From Basidiobolus meristosporus CBS 931.73 (Eukaryota; Fungi; Basidiobolomycota): a stretch of DNA of 64,000 nt. The stretch lies in the NCBI GenBank assembly GCA_002104905.1, contig MCFE01000480.1, forward strand, positions 4,315-68,314, written 5' to 3'. A program made the translations under genes and the position numbers. Below are positions 1-10,911 of this stretch, piece after piece. The notes beneath the pieces were generated by a model. The model saw only the letters and a program-made list of their open reading frames with translations. It made no database searches and was not told the origin of the DNA. Positions within the stretch are counted from its first letter, which is position 1, and every line of letters begins with the position of its first letter.

Positions 1-529
1 GGAGCTTTCGCAGAAAGAAATATCCAAAATCTCTCGAACCAAAATGACTGGTAAAGACGAAGAGATCTTACAGTCCTGAAGGCCTAGTGAACTGCAGCCC
101 TGATTTTTAGCAAATATCGTTGAAATTTGCAATAATGCATTAATAAAATAAATTTGAAGCAATCTCCACAATTGGAAAGTGATTTTTAGTAATTTGGGAT
201 CGTACTAATCATTTGTTGGAAATGCTCAGGATTTTCCAGAATCAAGCAAGATTAGCCATAACAACCACGGGCTGAGTCAATCCTCATACCACTGAAATGC
301 GGATGCGGACTACGCTGAGCGCCGGCTTTTCTTGCAGCATTGATCATTCCAGATCACTTCTGTACCAGTATCATTTGATAAAGAATGCTACATTCGTATT
401 CAGGCTAAGGGTTACATTTAGTTTCGACTAGACTACCTCGAATCTTTCAGCGTGGTTGAGGAAACAGCCATTGATTTCCAGCATCTATACGAGCAGCTTG
501 CCAAGCTTTTTGGTTCATTGCAAAGCTAG
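1..529 (+). CDS. Possible 3' end of an unidentified intron-containing gene running off the left edge
   Basis: Open frame FRLDYLESFSVVEETAIDFQHLYEQLAKLFGSLQS* ending at TAG 527-529, preceded by an acceptor-like TTTAG; convergent with RPL37. Upstream exon structure not resolved and no family recognised. Confidence 0.3.
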
Positions 530-737
530 GAATCCATCATTGACTAGTTGCGTTGAGTGTTGCGCACTCAGTGCTGAACGAAAGTGATATACGGGAACAC
601 CACAAGCCGGCATACTAATACTACCTCAAACAAACGATAGACAGTCTCTGAAAAAACTATTTTATTGAGATAGGATAGCCTCTAATTGAGTATACGCCGA
701 CCCAAGTTGTTTACAGAAAGCATTTAGTCGTAGCTCC

Positions 738-1106
738 TTAGGCAGAAGCAGGAGTTTGCTTCTGAGCTTGAGTACCCTCACGGAAACCATTCTTGAAGCG
801 ACGTGAGACATCCTTAAGGTATCTCATACGGCCAGTGCCAGTGGTCTTTCTGCGCTTAGCCTTCTGGCCCCAGTTGAAGCTGCGAATCTTGGCAGCAGGA
901 TAACCGCAAGAAGCGCAAGTCTTCTTTTGGTTGTGGAAAGAGCGCTTACCACAACGACGGCAGAGAGTGTGCGACTTGGTGTGACGCTTACCAAAACTTT
1001 GGGTACCCTTAGTCTACAGATTCAACGAAGCAGCATATTAGTCATCAGTCAGGGCACTCAGAAGCGTCGAGAAGGTCGCAATGAATGGATGAAACATACG
1101 TACCAT
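738..1106 (-). CDS. RPL37: 60S ribosomal protein L37 (eL37), 92 aa, 2 exons (1106-1104, 1013-738)
   Basis: Manual translation: ATG, 90-nt GTACGT..TAG intron (1103-1014), then [91 protein letters not shown]; the C-x2-C..C-x2-C zinc finger and [14 protein letters not shown] are diagnostic of eL37. Confidence 0.97.
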
Positions 1107-3012
1107 GATGGATGAAAGTAATCAAAACAACCTCAAACGGGCGTGAAAGAGAGGGAATTTTTCAGAGCAAACATTCATTTTATTACTCCCCCCAGCGGGA
1201 CTGGACACTGACCGCCAATGATTGGATCCCATGGATGATCCTCGATTTTTTTTAGCGTCCTTCGTGATATTTTACCGGATCTAGATCTCAAAAAAATCCT
1301 GCAGATCAAGGTGCGCAAAATCCCTAAATTTCCTCTCCCAAGGCCTCTCTCACAACGTATTGGGGGTTGCTGGGCAGAGGTTTGCCGCTGAAGAGTCTAC
1401 GCCCATGCGCCCCAACGACTCCAATGCCCCCACGGTCTCCCTCGAATTTCTCTGGAAGGAACGCACATCAGCAGACACGCGGTATCCAGTGCTTTTTATC
1501 CTGACAAGTGGTTGGTATCGTGCGCCGAGGATATTACAGATAAGCGTTTATCATTCTCCCAAATTTATCCCGCTGATAGCCAAATCCGGGCGGCCCTGCT
1601 GTCTCGTGCAAGCACGCATTTTAGGCTCCCATCGATATTTAAAAGCAGAGTCCGTCCCACCCAGCCACTACACTAGCAGGTCGGCAATGCGCATCCCTGT
1701 CTAGGATTGTCCAGGTGTCCAACTACCACAACTTGCTGGCCATACTCAATCCACGGCTCAGTATCAAGCCATCACTCAGTTGGTATAACCTTGGCCAACC
1801 GGAACCTAATCTAGGTTCGGGCCTTTCATATTTCTCCTGTTGTCACCACCAAGCAGGAAGAATAATGCGCTTACTGAGCTCAAGACGTCGGTTGTTTATC
1901 TTGCTCGCCACGCTTCCCCGTATCATGAAACCTCTTGGGCCCACAAAGACTTTTTCTATCGAATCAACGATAGGATATTTTGATTCTGATTTGCAAGCTG
2001 TCATCGCTGGGAACGCAACAATGGTCACGGGCAAATCAACGATTGTACAGGTTACGAATCTAACCAAGGTTTCACCACATTTGCCCGCTGCTGATGCGCA
2101 ACCACCTCAAGGCCATCTGAGGTGAAACACCCAAGCCGGCGGGTAAACCTCAAATGGTTTTGGAGAGTCGGTTATTGCTCCGTGAGAGATTGCTCCTCTT
2201 CCCATCGAGTCTCACCACACGCGTTTAATTGATATTTCTGTGCTAAGCTTTACTCTAACACTACCCCCGACCTGAGAGTCCATGGATGGCTGCCTACTTG
2301 TTGCCCATCTGAAATATGCTCAAGGGAAAGAATATTCCCGATATCGCGGCTAGTGGAGGCAGCAGAGATTTGCCTTGTGCCAATCCCAAGCCAGGTCCAT
2401 ATTCCATTTCGATAGCGTCCAGGTGATGCTGCTAAGAATGGCTGGAATACTAGACAGTCACATCGGTAGGGATGTATGTCAACAAGTTTCCCCCCTAAGT
2501 ATTCTGGTTTGTATGACATGGCAGCTCCATTTATGCACCTATGCACCATGGACATGCGTAGTTGTCCGACAATCAAGATAAACAGTTTCGGCATAGATGA
2601 ACTGCAACATGTCAGCTGATAGAATTCTAGAAGATTCTACGTATGGGAGGTTGAGGCGGTGGTGAGGTGTGAGCACATTGAAACGGCTTCGCACGAGCTA
2701 ACATAGTAACAGCTGCGCTCTTTGGAGAAATACAAATAACCACTTGCCCAAGGCTCGCGATGATACCAGCAGTAGTTGGCTGCAAGATTCACCATCACTG
2801 GAAGTATGTTCTAGTTCAACTGAATGTTCCCGCGTTAACTGCGATTCAATACTGGGCTTGAGGCGGAAGCGCGGGATGGAAACGAGGGGTTGACGAATAA
2901 TTCGAAGTTTATATAATACATGGAATAATAGTGATGAATGGAAGTTTGTTCGTAAATAGGAAAGGCACCAGGCGATGTATGGTGAGGAAAGTACATCTGA
3001 GCAGGTAGACGC

Positions 3013-3450
3013 TTAGCATCTAGGCTTGCCGTTGGGATACTTGAGCTGGTAGTCCTTCTCTCTCTTGAAGAGGAGAATGTGTGGCTCAGGGGCTAGAAAA
3101 GGTTGGTCAGTACGAACGCACCATCATGACAGACAGTAAGTAGCACACACCATGCACCATGTAATGCTCCCAACCAGGGGATTGGGTCACACCCAGAGCT
3201 CTCCATTCCTCCTCGCTCATCAAATGCTTGGGTACGTATTTTACAAGAGCTTTGGGAAGGGTGACATGTCTGAATTCATACTCATCATCTGTCACAACAA
3301 GTTAGACTTAACGGAAACAAGCTGTGACAAACACCGATATTTACCAGAGTATCTGTCAGAGTAGTAAATCTGGTCCTGATATTTGGCGATATCCATCTGC
3401 TTCTGCTCCTCTTTGCTGCGAGAAAGAGCCTTTTTGCCAGCGTCCAACAT
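3013..3450 (-). CDS. CKS1: Cyclin-dependent kinase regulatory subunit (Cks1/Suc1), 107 aa, 3 exons (3450-3345, 3288-3151, 3092-3013)
   Basis: Spliced translation [107 protein letters not shown]; both GT-AG introns keep frame; [26 protein letters not shown] and [10 protein letters not shown] are CKS motifs. Confidence 0.96.
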
Positions 3451-3898
3451 GTTTGGTAAACAGAACAACGAAATCTATGTACGAGAAATGCGAGAGGCTT
3501 CGCCCGGGTCAGCAATGGTAAAGGTTGCTAGGAGAAATTTCCTTCATCCAATGCCAGCCTATCGAAACTTATAAACGATCTTGACGATTCCCGCTCAGAA
3601 AAAAAATCCCCCTTTGTCAAAACAAACACCTGAAAACATAAACAAACCCAATTTGGTTTCTCCATTAAATGTGGATCCGTCTGACGATGCCCAATCAATT
3701 CCATGGAAGCGCCCTTTGTGCGTCCTTGATGAATGAATATCAAAGGTGTCACGTGTGATACAAGCCATTCTCCATGACGGCCGATGTCGTTGAAAACGTC
3801 CGTTTTGGCTCACACGCTGGACCTAATGCTAATGATTCCGGAGAACAGTTCTCTGGGAGTGTTTTACTGATTGAATGCATATTCGGGGGAATTGGGTT

Positions 3899-4851
3899 TT
3901 AGCCAAGGTGGTCAATAAATCTGCCAACAAATCGCATAAATTCCTGCTGCGCCTGGGGCTGCGAGACAGCATGATCGGCTCCATCGAGGATCGTTGTCAT
4001 GGCCAGCTTTGGGCAGGCGGACTGGATCTTCGCCAACAGGCTGGCTTTGTCGATACCATCGTCCATGTACTCGTCCTTGCCAGACAGTGCTATAGAAATG
4101 GGTGTCGCCACTGCCGTGTATATCTGGGCTAGCTCTAGTTCACTTAGATCGCTGGAAAACATGTCGTCGTCACCACTAGGGCGGAGACCGGTTAATGCAG
4201 GAAAGAGGCAAGAGGGGAGGGAATACCAACCCGTGAGCGGCAAGTGAATGGAAGCGGTATGCGGAGGTTGGCGTGTCCGGATCTACCTCACGCGGCATCA
4301 GCTCCTCGCCTTTGCCTTGCTGGACTAGTCTGGAGGCATGGTCCAGGTGTTTTTGAAAGTCAGCCACTGCGTGGACCATGTACTCCCGATCGGATACTGC
4401 GCCCTGTAGAATGCAACCAGCAACATGCTCCCTCAATTTACCGTTGGTCACATACCAGATGGCATCCTGGCATCCTATTTCCCAAAGATGAATATTCAAG
4501 TGGAAAGAAGCGGGTGGCAAGCTATTTACCCGTAGAATGACCCAATAGAACAATCTTCTTTTTGCCCTTTTTGTTCACTAGATACTCAATCAGCTCGTCA
4601 ATTTCTGAGGCATCTTTACTCAACGAGCTGACGCCATAGCCATGGTATGAGCTGGATAGAAGCACTTGTACCAAAGAATATCCCAAGCGGTTGACCGTGT
4701 CATTCAGAACAGGCAGGTAGGGCACCGCATGAAAGCCATCAGTCAGACCGGCAATGAAAACAACACAGCCAGGAGAGCTTGCGTCCCCACTCTCGAAACC
4801 AACCAAACGACTGGTGGAACTATACTGGAAAAGCGTACCCGACAACTCCAT
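3899..4851 (-). CDS. DUF1749/UPF0613-family alpha/beta-hydrolase, 280 aa, 3 exons (4851-4530, 4474-4231, 4175-3899)
   Basis: Three ORF-track fragments join through two 55-nt GT-AG introns; motifs VVFIAGLTDG, nucleophile GHSTGCQD, ILQGAVSDRE, GGDDDMFSSDL and ADH are typical of DUF1749 serine hydrolases. Confidence 0.9.
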
Positions 4852-6038
4852 ATGAAAATGCTAGCTTACGTACCAACTGCAAAGAGAACACACACCATAT
4901 TCCCACGAATGACGGGATTTATGATTCCTCGCAATCTGCCGATCCGAAGCCATGGTGCCTAATACGATTAGCTGAGAATTTTACGACTGATGCGGCTGCT
5001 CGACTGGCCGATATTTGCGACGCTGCTCAGCTGCCCAGACGATTCAATGAGGAAATTGATCGTAGCAGATTCATCGATTAACCAAGAATTCATCACCCGG
5101 CCCTGCGGCGACGGTTATGGGGAACGTTGGCAAGGTGGATCCTCAAGAAGCAAGTGGATAGGCCGCCATGCCTCCAAGCCTTTATAGACCCTTTTGTCGA
5201 CAGGGCGAATGGTCGATGGGGCTCACCCGGAGCGAAATTGCGACTGGCCCTTGATTGGATCGACAGCAGGAATGCCAAGAAATCCTTGGCAGCACACTAA
5301 GAATATAATGGCTTTAATGAGAATGGACCGCAACCTCGCGGCCAATCAGGGGTCGGGAAAATACAGAGAGTTCGGGGGTGTCGAGTATTGACGATGGAAC
5401 TGGTGCTGATTTCGTGCGGTATCACGTCAACGGCGGCCATGAGTGGAGTGCTCACTCGTGGTAACTGAAGGGCCTATGGTGATTAATCTTGTTTAAGTTA
5501 ACCATTGAAACGGCGGGAGATTTGTTAGCTGGCCTTCACCGTACTCCGATTGACTGGTTAGCTGAGCCAATGCTAAATCCAGTTGGCAAAAGTCTTGGCA
5601 GATCTTGGCATCGCTTCCCACCCTAGTCAATTTTGACTAGATTCGTTTGCAATACTAACTGATTTAGATAAGACTAGTTGATTGATTTGGACTCGTCCCG
5701 GGTGATCCATTATTTTCTTGGCTGTAGGTGCCAGTGGAGGCGGATCCCAAACCTTCTCATCCTCCCTTTAAATTGGCCGGCCTCGCTCTCAGACGGGGTT
5801 TTCTCTTGGAACAAGATTGATTTCTGCTAGTATTAAAGAGACGCCGCAAACTCCATTTCTTTTGACACAGTAGCTCAACTTTATCTAGAACGTAGTGTAG
5901 TGAAAGTCATTTCTCAGTAGGATAAGGGTCAAAGCTTTACATATCAACTTATCTACTCATATACATCCTCACTTGTTACGTGCATGAATCTTCCCGTTTT
6001 GCCAAACCACTACCCCACTAGTGTAAGCTACTTCACCG

Positions 6039-6797
6039 ATGACCATGGAGCTGAAACAGAAGAGCATAGCGCGCTCAATTGACAGGAAAAACGAGTTTCT
6101 GGATCTTGCCATTGGTAAGTCTCTCGATGGGAGCCGCTTCGTTTGCTCTCCAGGTATACCCACCCCCTAGTCCTCTAACGCTTTACCCGATTCTATTTGC
6201 GGTGCGAACGCTCTAGACTTTGCCGTGCTAACTCTACACTCGATATGCTCTGAGCCCAATAACCCACTCTCCCTTAAGAAATTCATCCGTCAAATGGTCC
6301 TTTATTCCGGGACCACCTACTCGACCCTCCTCACCTCGATACTCTATCTATTCCGACTGAACAGCATGAAGAACGAGTTTAACTATTTAACCCACTTTCG
6401 AACCAACCACCCCGCCGCCCCGGCCATTTCGCGCGCAGCCAGAGTGTTTCTGGCTTCGCTGATCACCGCCCACAAATACTTGCACGACCGCACCACCTCT
6501 ACCAAGGCCTGGTCCAAACTCTCCAACGTCCCGATCGTGCTGCTGAAAACGGATGAGATAGAGTTCTTGAAGACCATCAAGTTTCAGCTGTTTGTCACGA
6601 CGTGTACTTTTGAGAAGTGGTCCATTCTTTTACGAAACACCGTGACAAGCAGACCCACCCCAATTGTACCAGCTCCAGTCCAGCCCAGCCACTCTCATCC
6701 TCCCCTAACCAAGTTAACCAAAGCCCATGTGTCGTTCCACCCATACCTAAGGGCCCCAAAGCAAGACTACTACGAAAAGGTCCCCTCACTATACTAA
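6039..6797 (+). CDS. Pho85-type cyclin (PCL5/Clg1-like, Cyclin_N domain), 2 exons (6039-6114, 6217-6797)
   Basis: Exon 1 MTMELKQKSIARSIDRKNEFLDLAI plus phase-1 GTAAGT..CTAG intron joins the 190-aa ORF; the cyclin box motifs LKKFIRQMV..S.TTYSTLLTSILYLFRL and RVFLASLITAHKYLHDRTTSTKAWSKLS are typical of PCL cyclins. Confidence 0.88.
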
Positions 6798-7662
6798 GTA
6801 AATGCTGGTTCTTTCGTCTGGAGGCTTTCCTTCTATTTCCCTTTAGTATCGTGCCCATTTGGCTGGCATTGCTAGGTGTGGCTGCATCGATTCTCTGTTG
6901 CCCTTGCCACCTGATGTCTGTACATAACTGATCCCCCGTCACATGATATAAATCGGATGATTTCTGTGCATCTCGATGGAGTGTGCGAGTGTTGGTGGGT
7001 GACTTGGTCGTGGATGGTCGGTCCTATATGTTGGTCACGGAGCTCAACAACGTTGCTGGCGAAATCCACCCTGTCTTACCCTCTCCCGCACCGCACCGCA
7101 CCGCTCCATCTCTTCCACTTCTCCCACTCCCACTCCTGTGTGTTCCAAGGGCGAAACTCCGGTTCTATTCCCCATCCAATGCGAGCTGTGCCTCCAAAGA
7201 CATGTGCGTGGTTTATGACTAGGGTTAAGGCAGGACACAGACGCCTACATCATCAGAATGACGGAGGCGAAGAGCAGGAATCTCCTGCGCTACTTGGCAT
7301 TGGCTCTATACACATCCGTATTGCCAACCGATCCCTCCCACGATGGATTCAACCAACACCAAGCCATCTACAAACCAATGCTGTATCAATGGACCACTGA
7401 TTGGCATCAGGGGGTTGATACCGCACATGGTCCTGTACCGCCCTTGTTGGGCCCAACGTTTAGTCAGACTCGAGGGGATACTCTTGAATTTATTACTTTT
7501 TTTTTGGGGGGGGGGCAATCTCAACACTGCTGGTGACCTCCCCGCCATCTCCATTACCTCGTAGCAGGGATGGCCTTGTGTGGTGTGTCGGTCGGGCTCG
7601 AGGCTTGCTCAACCTCCCCACCGTCTTTGGGTCGGGATTCGGCCGATTACGTGGACGGCATG

Positions 7663-7824
7663 TTAGAGATATTTCGCCACCGTTTCCCATAGGATTGGGG
7701 TGGCTATGAGGGACCACTGCTTGGCGACTAGGGTGCAGGCGTGGAGTGTGTGTAGGTCTGAGGCTTGCTGTAGGTTGCGAAAGATTCGCTCCAGAAGCTC
7801 AGGAGGTGGTTGGAAAGAGGACAT
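7663..7824 (-). CDS. 53-aa F-box-motif ORF (F-box-only micro-protein, first exon, or gene remnant)
   Basis: Manual translation MSSFQPPPELLERIFRNLQQASDLHTLHACTLVAKQWSLIATPILWETVAKYL*; fits the F-box pattern P.EL...IF..L....L..C.LV.K.W..IA...LW. Missed by the ORF track (<60 aa). No convincing downstream exon found. Confidence 0.6.
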   Translation of the reverse strand: MSSFQPPPELLERIFRNLQQASDLHTLHACTLVAKQWSLIATPILWETVAKYL

Positions 7825-8856
7825 GGGTGAGCTCAGGCACAGCTGTCTTGCATATATCCAGGCGGCTCTCCAACGGTGCTCAGCAGTCGAAGACAGTCAC
7901 GAAACGGTCGATGTCTCAGGAGGGGAAAGGGTGAGAGACTTCAGAGAATGGGAACAAGTCGATCTTATCTGGTTGGGGGAGGGAGTGAGGTCATCCATGC
8001 TCTCCGGTACACCAAACAAGATGTGCCAGATTCCCTCATAATCTGTGGCATGCTGCATCTTAGCGCATCAACCGGTGTGTGCGTACAGTTTCAAGCCGAC
8101 GAGTTGATTGGAGCGGATTAAATGTATGGTTGGCGAGCAGTTTGCTCCGCTGTGGATGGATGAATGTTCGACTCATCCATACCGCCTGGGGGAGGGTGGT
8201 TTGTTGGGATTGGGAGAGTTCAAGCTTCATCGAATCTCCGTGAAACTCGTCTCCACTTCTGGTCCTAATGACGTCTGTTCCTGGCCCTAAAGTGGAAGGA
8301 CGAAATGGATCAGTGCATTATCGCGCTGCGATAGGGAAATTGGTCACGGCCGTGGTCCACTCGCAACTGACTGTTGTGTCGAGTGAACATGCGTTTGGGC
8401 GAGGGAAGGCTCGTTCAAAGAAGGCAGCCGGCCTCAGCAGAAGAGGAGCGAGCCAGCCAAGCCATCCAACGAGTCCGCTAGTGGCAAAGCCTTGGTTGGT
8501 TAGTGAAACTACGCAACCACGGACACGCTGGATTTGGCTCGTTATGCAAACAACCATCTCCAAGTGAATCCTGTGTTCACTTCTGTAGCAACCAAATGCT
8601 CGTTGTTTCCTCTGTCAAGTACGGATCACATGGTTGGTGACACGATGAATCCCAGCAACCAATTTCCATACCATTTCAATCTCCCAACCACCAATCACAG
8701 CCCAGCGAAATTTCATGTTCCTCGAGCGGAGCAGTTCATTTATTATCAATCAATCAATCAGGTTCGTGTAATCAGTAATCATATTAAGTTGGCAAAATCG
8801 ATGGTATTTCAAGGGCGCGGAGTCGCGCCCGTTGATGACAAAACCTCCGGATCCGT

Positions 8857-10911
8857 CTACTGAGTCCATTTCTGGATCCAGCCCAAAACCTCAGAGTGCC
8901 AGCGGAGGGAGTTGGCATGCTTCAGTACCCAATGGTTTTCATCGGGGAAGTAGACGAGGCGAGATGGGATATTCTGTCTTTGCAACGCTGTGAAGGTGGA
9001 GAAGCCCTCGCCGTCAACGAGGCGGTAGTCCTTGCCTCCATGGATAACTAGGGTAGGGGTCTTCCAGTTCTGAACGTAGTTCGCGGGGGACCATTTCTCG
9101 TAGATCTTCTTGGCCTTGGGCTCCCAGGGCTTGCCGCCGAATTCCCATTCTGGGAACCAGAGTTCTTCGGTGGAGTAGTAGGTGCCCGAGCTGGAGAACA
9201 TCCCGTCGTGGTTGACGAGGCACTTGAATCGATCGGTGTGTCCATTGAACCAGTTCATCATATAACCACCGTAGCTGGCACCTAGGGCGCAGATCTTGTT
9301 CTTGTCGGCGAACTTGTACTTGCCAAGAGCAAAGTCAAGTCCCTTCATGAGGTCCTCGAATGGAAGACCGCCCCAGTTCTGGGAAATCTCGTCGGTGAAC
9401 TTCTGTCCGTAGCCGGTGGAGCCGCGAGGATTGATGGCAATCACCACGTTACCAGCGGAGGCGTACACCTCGGGATTCCAGCGGGTGCTCCACGAATCGA
9501 GCCATGCGCTCTGGGGTCCACCGTGGACAAGGAACGCAACCGGGTATTTCTTCTTGGGGTCGAAGTTGTTGGGCTTCAAGATCCATCCGTGTACCTTGGC
9601 TCCCTTGGCGCCGGTGAACCAGAATTCCTCGGGCTCGGGGAGATAGAGGCCCTTGGTTTTGGCTTCATGGATGCGGGACACCTGCTTAAGCTTCTTCCCA
9701 TCGGCTTGGATGGTGTAGAATTCGTTGGGGTGGTTCATGGCGCTTTGGGTCAAGAACAGGGTGTCTTCGTTGAGGACGAAGACCGCTCCGGTGTTGCCCT
9801 TCTGGGTAAGAGCCTTGGTTCTGCCGTTCTGGACTTCACCAGCAAACACCTTGACTCGGCCAAACTCCTCTGTGGGAAGGTAGAGCTTCTTGGAATCCAG
9901 GGACCAAGTGATTCCGCTGGGGCTGCGATCCCAGTTCTTATTGAAGTATCTGGACGCCTGCTTCTTGCGGTCGAACAGGATGACGCGCTTGCGATCCGCC
10001 TCAAAGCCGCGGCGTTCCATCTGCAACCAAGCCAAGGTACGACCATCGGGGGAGTAGGTGGGGGAGGAAGTCTGTCCAAGGTTCTTATCGGTCAAAGACT
10101 TAGGGGGCTTGCTGCCGTCGGAGGGGACAACATACACGTTGATGTCGGTTTCCCAGGCCTGATCTCTTCCGGGCTTCTTGGAGATGAAGGCGATCTCCTT
10201 GCCGTCCGGGGAGATGTCGTAATCCCCGGCGTCTCCGAACGGTGAGACGGGAGATTCGAGTTGGACGTTGGCCATGATATTGACTGGTTTGCCGGCCACG
10301 TTGTACTTGCCATTGGCTTTGTTCAGCTTCACCGAGAAGATGTTCTGCTTCTTGTCGGTGATGAAGTGGTCCCAGTGTCTGACGAAGAGGCTGTCGTACA
10401 CCAAGCCAGAGTCGCGCTTGAGTTTGTTGGCTTCGTCGATTTGAACGGCCTTCTCGATGCTGCCGTCGGCGTAGACACCGGTGGAGAAAGTGAAGAGGTT
10501 GGCCTTGGGGTGGTATTTGACATTCCCGATGTCCACGGTGAAGTTGGTCACCTGGACTGGCTGAGCGTTAGCCTTGGTGACGTCGACCGACCAAAGCTGG
10601 GAGGTTTCGGTGCGAGATGACACGAAGCCAACCGTGGCAGAGTCCAACCAGAGTGGCTCACTGTCGCCAGTTTTTCCGGGGGCGGTCAAGGGGTTGATCT
10701 TCCCGCTCGCGATGTCCAGAAGCCACAAGTTTCTGGTGTTGGAGTTGGTGGCGATGGTGTAGTTCGAGCTGCTGAACACTGCCAACTTACCATCAGGGGA
10801 GGGAACCGCCACCCCGGGACGGTCCAGCGTGACCAGATCTTGAGGAGTAAAGTTGCGCGCAGCGCTGGCCAAAGGAACTGCGAGGAGAGAGACGTAGCAC
10901 AACCACTTCAT
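8857..10911 (-). CDS. DPP5: Secreted dipeptidyl-peptidase V (peptidase family S9), 684 aa, intronless
   Basis: Signal-peptide-like N-terminus (MKWLCYVSLLAVPLASA), beta-propeller SPDG repeats, HGGPQSAW, catalytic Ser in GASYGG, Asp in KDYR and His in DENHWVLK. Confidence 0.95.
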   Translation of the reverse strand: MKWLCYVSLLAVPLASAARNFTPQDLVTLDRPGVAVPSPDGKLAVFSSSNYTIATNSNTRNLWLLDIASGKINPLTAPGKTGDSEPLWLDSATVGFVSSRTETSQLWSVDVTKANAQPVQVTNFTVDIGNVKYHPKANLFTFSTGVYADGSIEKAVQIDEANKLKRDSGLVYDSLFVRHWDHFITDKKQNIFSVKLNKANGKYNVAGKPVNIMANVQLESPVSPFGDAGDYDISPDGKEIAFISKKPGRDQAWETDINVYVVPSDGSKPPKSLTDKNLGQTSSPTYSPDGRTLAWLQMERRGFEADRKRVILFDRKKQASRYFNKNWDRSPSGITWSLDSKKLYLPTEEFGRVKVFAGEVQNGRTKALTQKGNTGAVFVLNEDTLFLTQSAMNHPNEFYTIQADGKKLKQVSRIHEAKTKGLYLPEPEEFWFTGAKGAKVHGWILKPNNFDPKKKYPVAFLVHGGPQSAWLDSWSTRWNPEVYASAGNVVIAINPRGSTGYGQKFTDEISQNWGGLPFEDLMKGLDFALGKYKFADKNKICALGASYGGYMMNWFNGHTDRFKCLVNHDGMFSSSGTYYSTEELWFPEWEFGGKPWEPKAKKIYEKWSPANYVQNWKTPTLVIHGGKDYRLVDGEGFSTFTALQRQNIPSRLVYFPDENHWVLKHANSLRWHSEVLGWIQKWTQ

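Noticed and set aside
1960-2000. In-frame TGA-TTC-TGA within an otherwise open frame as selenocysteine recoding
   Set aside because: No selenoprotein family motif or SECIS was recognised, and the frame itself is not established as coding.
4950-5500. Short ORFs upstream of the DUF1749 gene
   Set aside because: No recognisable domain or consistent splice structure; likely promoter/intergenic sequence between divergent genes.
9014-10762. Many 60-240-aa ORFs overlapping DPP5 (e.g. 9523-10245 +)
   Set aside because: Shadow frames caused by the GC-rich codon bias of the real gene.
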